64,000 nucleotides of DNA from Massalongia carnosa (lineage: Eukaryota). The stretch's first letter is position 1. Every line of letters begins with the position of its first letter. The position numbers and the translations under genes were made by a program. Location of the stretch: NCBI GenBank assembly GCA_965645245.1, contig OZ287069.1:2976001-3040000 (forward strand), in the 5' to 3' direction. The notes under the pieces are model-generated. The model saw only the letters and a list, made by a program, of their open reading frames with translations. It was not told where the DNA came from and did not search any database. Below, in pieces: positions 61,353-64,000 of the stretch.

Positions 61353-64000
61353 ATGCGGTTTTCAAATCACCCAAGACCACCCTTGCACAACGTTGACCCA
61401 CCAAGCACCACTTTTCGATCGAGACTGCGCGCTCGCTCATCACTTGATAGGTTCACTGTCTCTAGGAATCGTACCCGCATTCCTTCCAGCAATAGCAGTC
61501 AGCCAGAGCCGGTGGAGATCGTAACAGCTCAACGTCTCCTCCACGTTGAGTCTACGCCAGATATGACCGTTCCCAATTTCTCGAGGCCTTTACCAAGGCG
61601 TCCACCATCAAACAGCGCCCCTTCTCCTGCCACAGCGGATAGCTCTAATTTATCCCCTGAAGCAAAAGCACAGCCAAACAGCGAAGGTACGATATTACAC
61701 TTTAGCAGCCCAGAGATTGAAAATAGAAAGGGAGCAACACCTATCGATTCGGTGTGCAGGCATCGAAGTAGGAGAGTTGACATTGATTCATACAATGTTT
61801 CGGGTTCTGCTACCTACGAAAATTTAACAGCCTCAAGCTCCCAAACACATTCAACCAGTCCCAGAAACTTTGCAAGTTGGCCGAGGAGCTCGGAAGGCCA
61901 GAATATAAATCCTATTGATGAATACAACAACCTGGCGGAGAAGTATGGTCTTGTCACCATCAATCCATCAGAACTAGAAGGCATGAGAGATATTTTCGAA
62001 TGCTTCAGACTAATGATACTAATAGCGTTTTAGGTGCTGCAAGCAATACTCAATTTAGATCCTTGCGTCCTAGCAAGTCGTACTCCGAAAAGCTCGGGGG
62101 TAAAGTGAAAACCATTTTCCACGGAAAGCCACGCGAAGTGGAAGCGACTCTGGAGGGAAAAACGATCGACGACCTTTGCATCACGGGGATAGGCCAGTTT
62201 TGGCTTCCCGATGCTGTTGCGGTATACAATCATATCAAGCTACCCACAGTCATAAGCGCGACGGCCACGTATTTATTGACAAGTAAGTCGCTATCTCATG
62301 GGCATATTTTCTCGCTCAGCTAACGGCAACGAAGACCGTAGTGCTCCAGGGATTTTCCGCGTCAGCGGAGAAAGCAAGAACGTATCCAACCTGCGAGGTT
62401 ATTATACCCTCCAGTATAAAAATGCTCAGAACATTCATAGGGCGTCGTCCTCTACAAAGCTCCCGGGCCACATTCCCTACGGGATTCATGATGTGGCTCA
62501 TTTTTTCAAGCAGACTATTGGGGGCCTGTCGGGCGGTGTCCTGGGCTCACCCATTTTATTCAAAGTATTTTCAGCAATCAAAACAAGATTTCCACCAAAC
62601 TCCCCAACTCAAGAAATCAACCAATGTCGGGTGAATCTTATTGCATTGACAATATGTGCGATTAAATCGCCAAATCAAAAAGCCCTAGTATATGGCTTTC
62701 TGGGACTGGCGACTGCAATTGGCCTTGCCACTGAGAAAGCCCCTGTTAAGCATGAACTTATGGATTATAAGGCGCTTGGCACGGTCCTAGGGCCTTTGCT
62801 CCAGGGAAAGAAAGCTTTTGACTTGGCCGTTTCGGTACCTCAAACGGCTGAAAATAGCTCCCAAAGACGCCCAAATAGTCAAACACCAGTTCAAAGTACA
62901 GTCGGTGCAAGTCAAGGAATGGCTAGTGGTTTTGCGCATGCCAAACAGGCGGCTGAGGTTATGACGATGCTTATTAAAGACTGGCAGCAGGTGGTGCAGC
63001 AGATTCAACGCTTTGAAGGTGGAACGTATTACGATGGATCTAGGGGCGCCAGCGGGCAGGGTGTATCATTTGGGAGCCCTTCAGCAATACTAGAAATTCC
63101 TATGAATGATTTGAAAGTTGCACAGGTGGGCATGTCTTCAGATAGACATGCTCGGAGCAGAAGTCAGGACCGACTAGGAAGAAGTCTAAGCGACAGAAAC
63201 TATACATCGCAGGGCTCAAATTCATCCAAACTGCAAGTCTATCGTTCCCAACCCTCGGAAGAGCGCAACTTGGCGTCAATGAATCCAGTCTCCAGGACAC
63301 AAGAGGGCTCTGCTCGTCAATCCAATCATACTGGCTCCTTTCGTCCACAATCGAGACTTGAGTCTCCAGGTGAGCACAAAAGCCACCAACCTGCCAGGTC
63401 CGTCAGCGGGGTACAATCCCCAAGTTTAAACCTGGAATCGATGCCTGATAATCCAAAGCCGACGGACAGACCGGATATGGCCAAAGCCGCAGACATCCTA
63501 AAAGGACCTGACAGAGGCTCAAATGGTGACTTTTTTTGGATTCCAGACCGTCCGCTTACTGATAAGTCAAGGCCTAAGGTTCGTCATAGGCATGGGGTTG
63601 GCAGGCCTCCACGGTCTACATCCTCAATTCTACCTCCTGTTGCTCAAAACTTGGCTCTTCCGTTTGTTCCACTCGAAACAAGCAGTACCCAAAACCTAAC
63701 CCTTCGAGCTAGCGCCACGCAAGTGGCATGGAGTTCGAATACTATAGATTTGCCAACATTGCAATCTCAAGGGAGGTCAGATATCTTGCACACTCACGCG
63801 ACTGAAGATGAAGCTAATGACGATACGGATACTCAGGCAACGCTAGTCACTAACTCGATGGATGAGCTAGGTAACATTCGCTCCACAACATACCATACTG
63901 GTTTTCATCCTGAAACTTATGTTGATTGCATACATCCACCCAACTTCACTGCTAGTTATCTTACAACCGAATACGATCAAACCCTTTCATCAATCTACAA
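61353..64000 (+). CDS. RhoGAP-domain-like protein, partial (continues past the window end)
   Basis: LPTVISATATYL / PGIFRVSG (arginine finger) / HDVAHFFKQ..GLSGG.LGS / MDYKALGTVLGPLL. The last exon reads open from ~62337 toward the window end and is absent from the ORF track, consistent with no stop before the edge. Confidence 0.75.

Noticed and set aside
1..64000. CRISPR arrays, rRNA genes, LTR retrotransposons, a Starship tyrosine recombinase or a biosynthetic gene cluster
   Set aside because: No spaced direct-repeat array, rRNA motif, LTR pair, gag/pol, DUF3435-like or PKS/NRPS sequence was seen.

Overview
Filamentous ascomycete (Pezizomycotina) nuclear DNA, with short GT-AG introns and CTAAC/CTGAC branch points. 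The first ~10.6 kb is a transposon-rich patch. It holds an intact Tc1/mariner DD34E element (TA TSD, 72-bp TIRs), a ~220-bp inverted-repeat MITE candidate, a 5'-truncated Tad-like LINE with a perfect 15-bp TSD, and an intact piggyBac element with non-TTAA, non-identical flanks. A DUF2011-like gene and a Cys-rich single-pass membrane protein gene lie among these elements. The rest is ordinary gene-dense euchromatin: CHS7, SPG1/TEM1, RRB1, an Adr1/AmdX-like C2H2 factor (apparently C-terminally truncated), a transglutaminase-like protein, TUL1/dscA, a DUF4211 protein, ALB1, MFAP1, TRS31, an NAD kinase, a conserved hypothetical protein, LAS1, SNF4 and a RhoGAP-like gene that runs off the right end. 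The best leads outside the ORF track are a 53-aa Cys/His microprotein behind a twice-spliced AUG-free leader, a spliced uORF, the atypical piggyBac target flanks and the truncated transcription factor. All family calls come from motif recognition and were not checked by database search.
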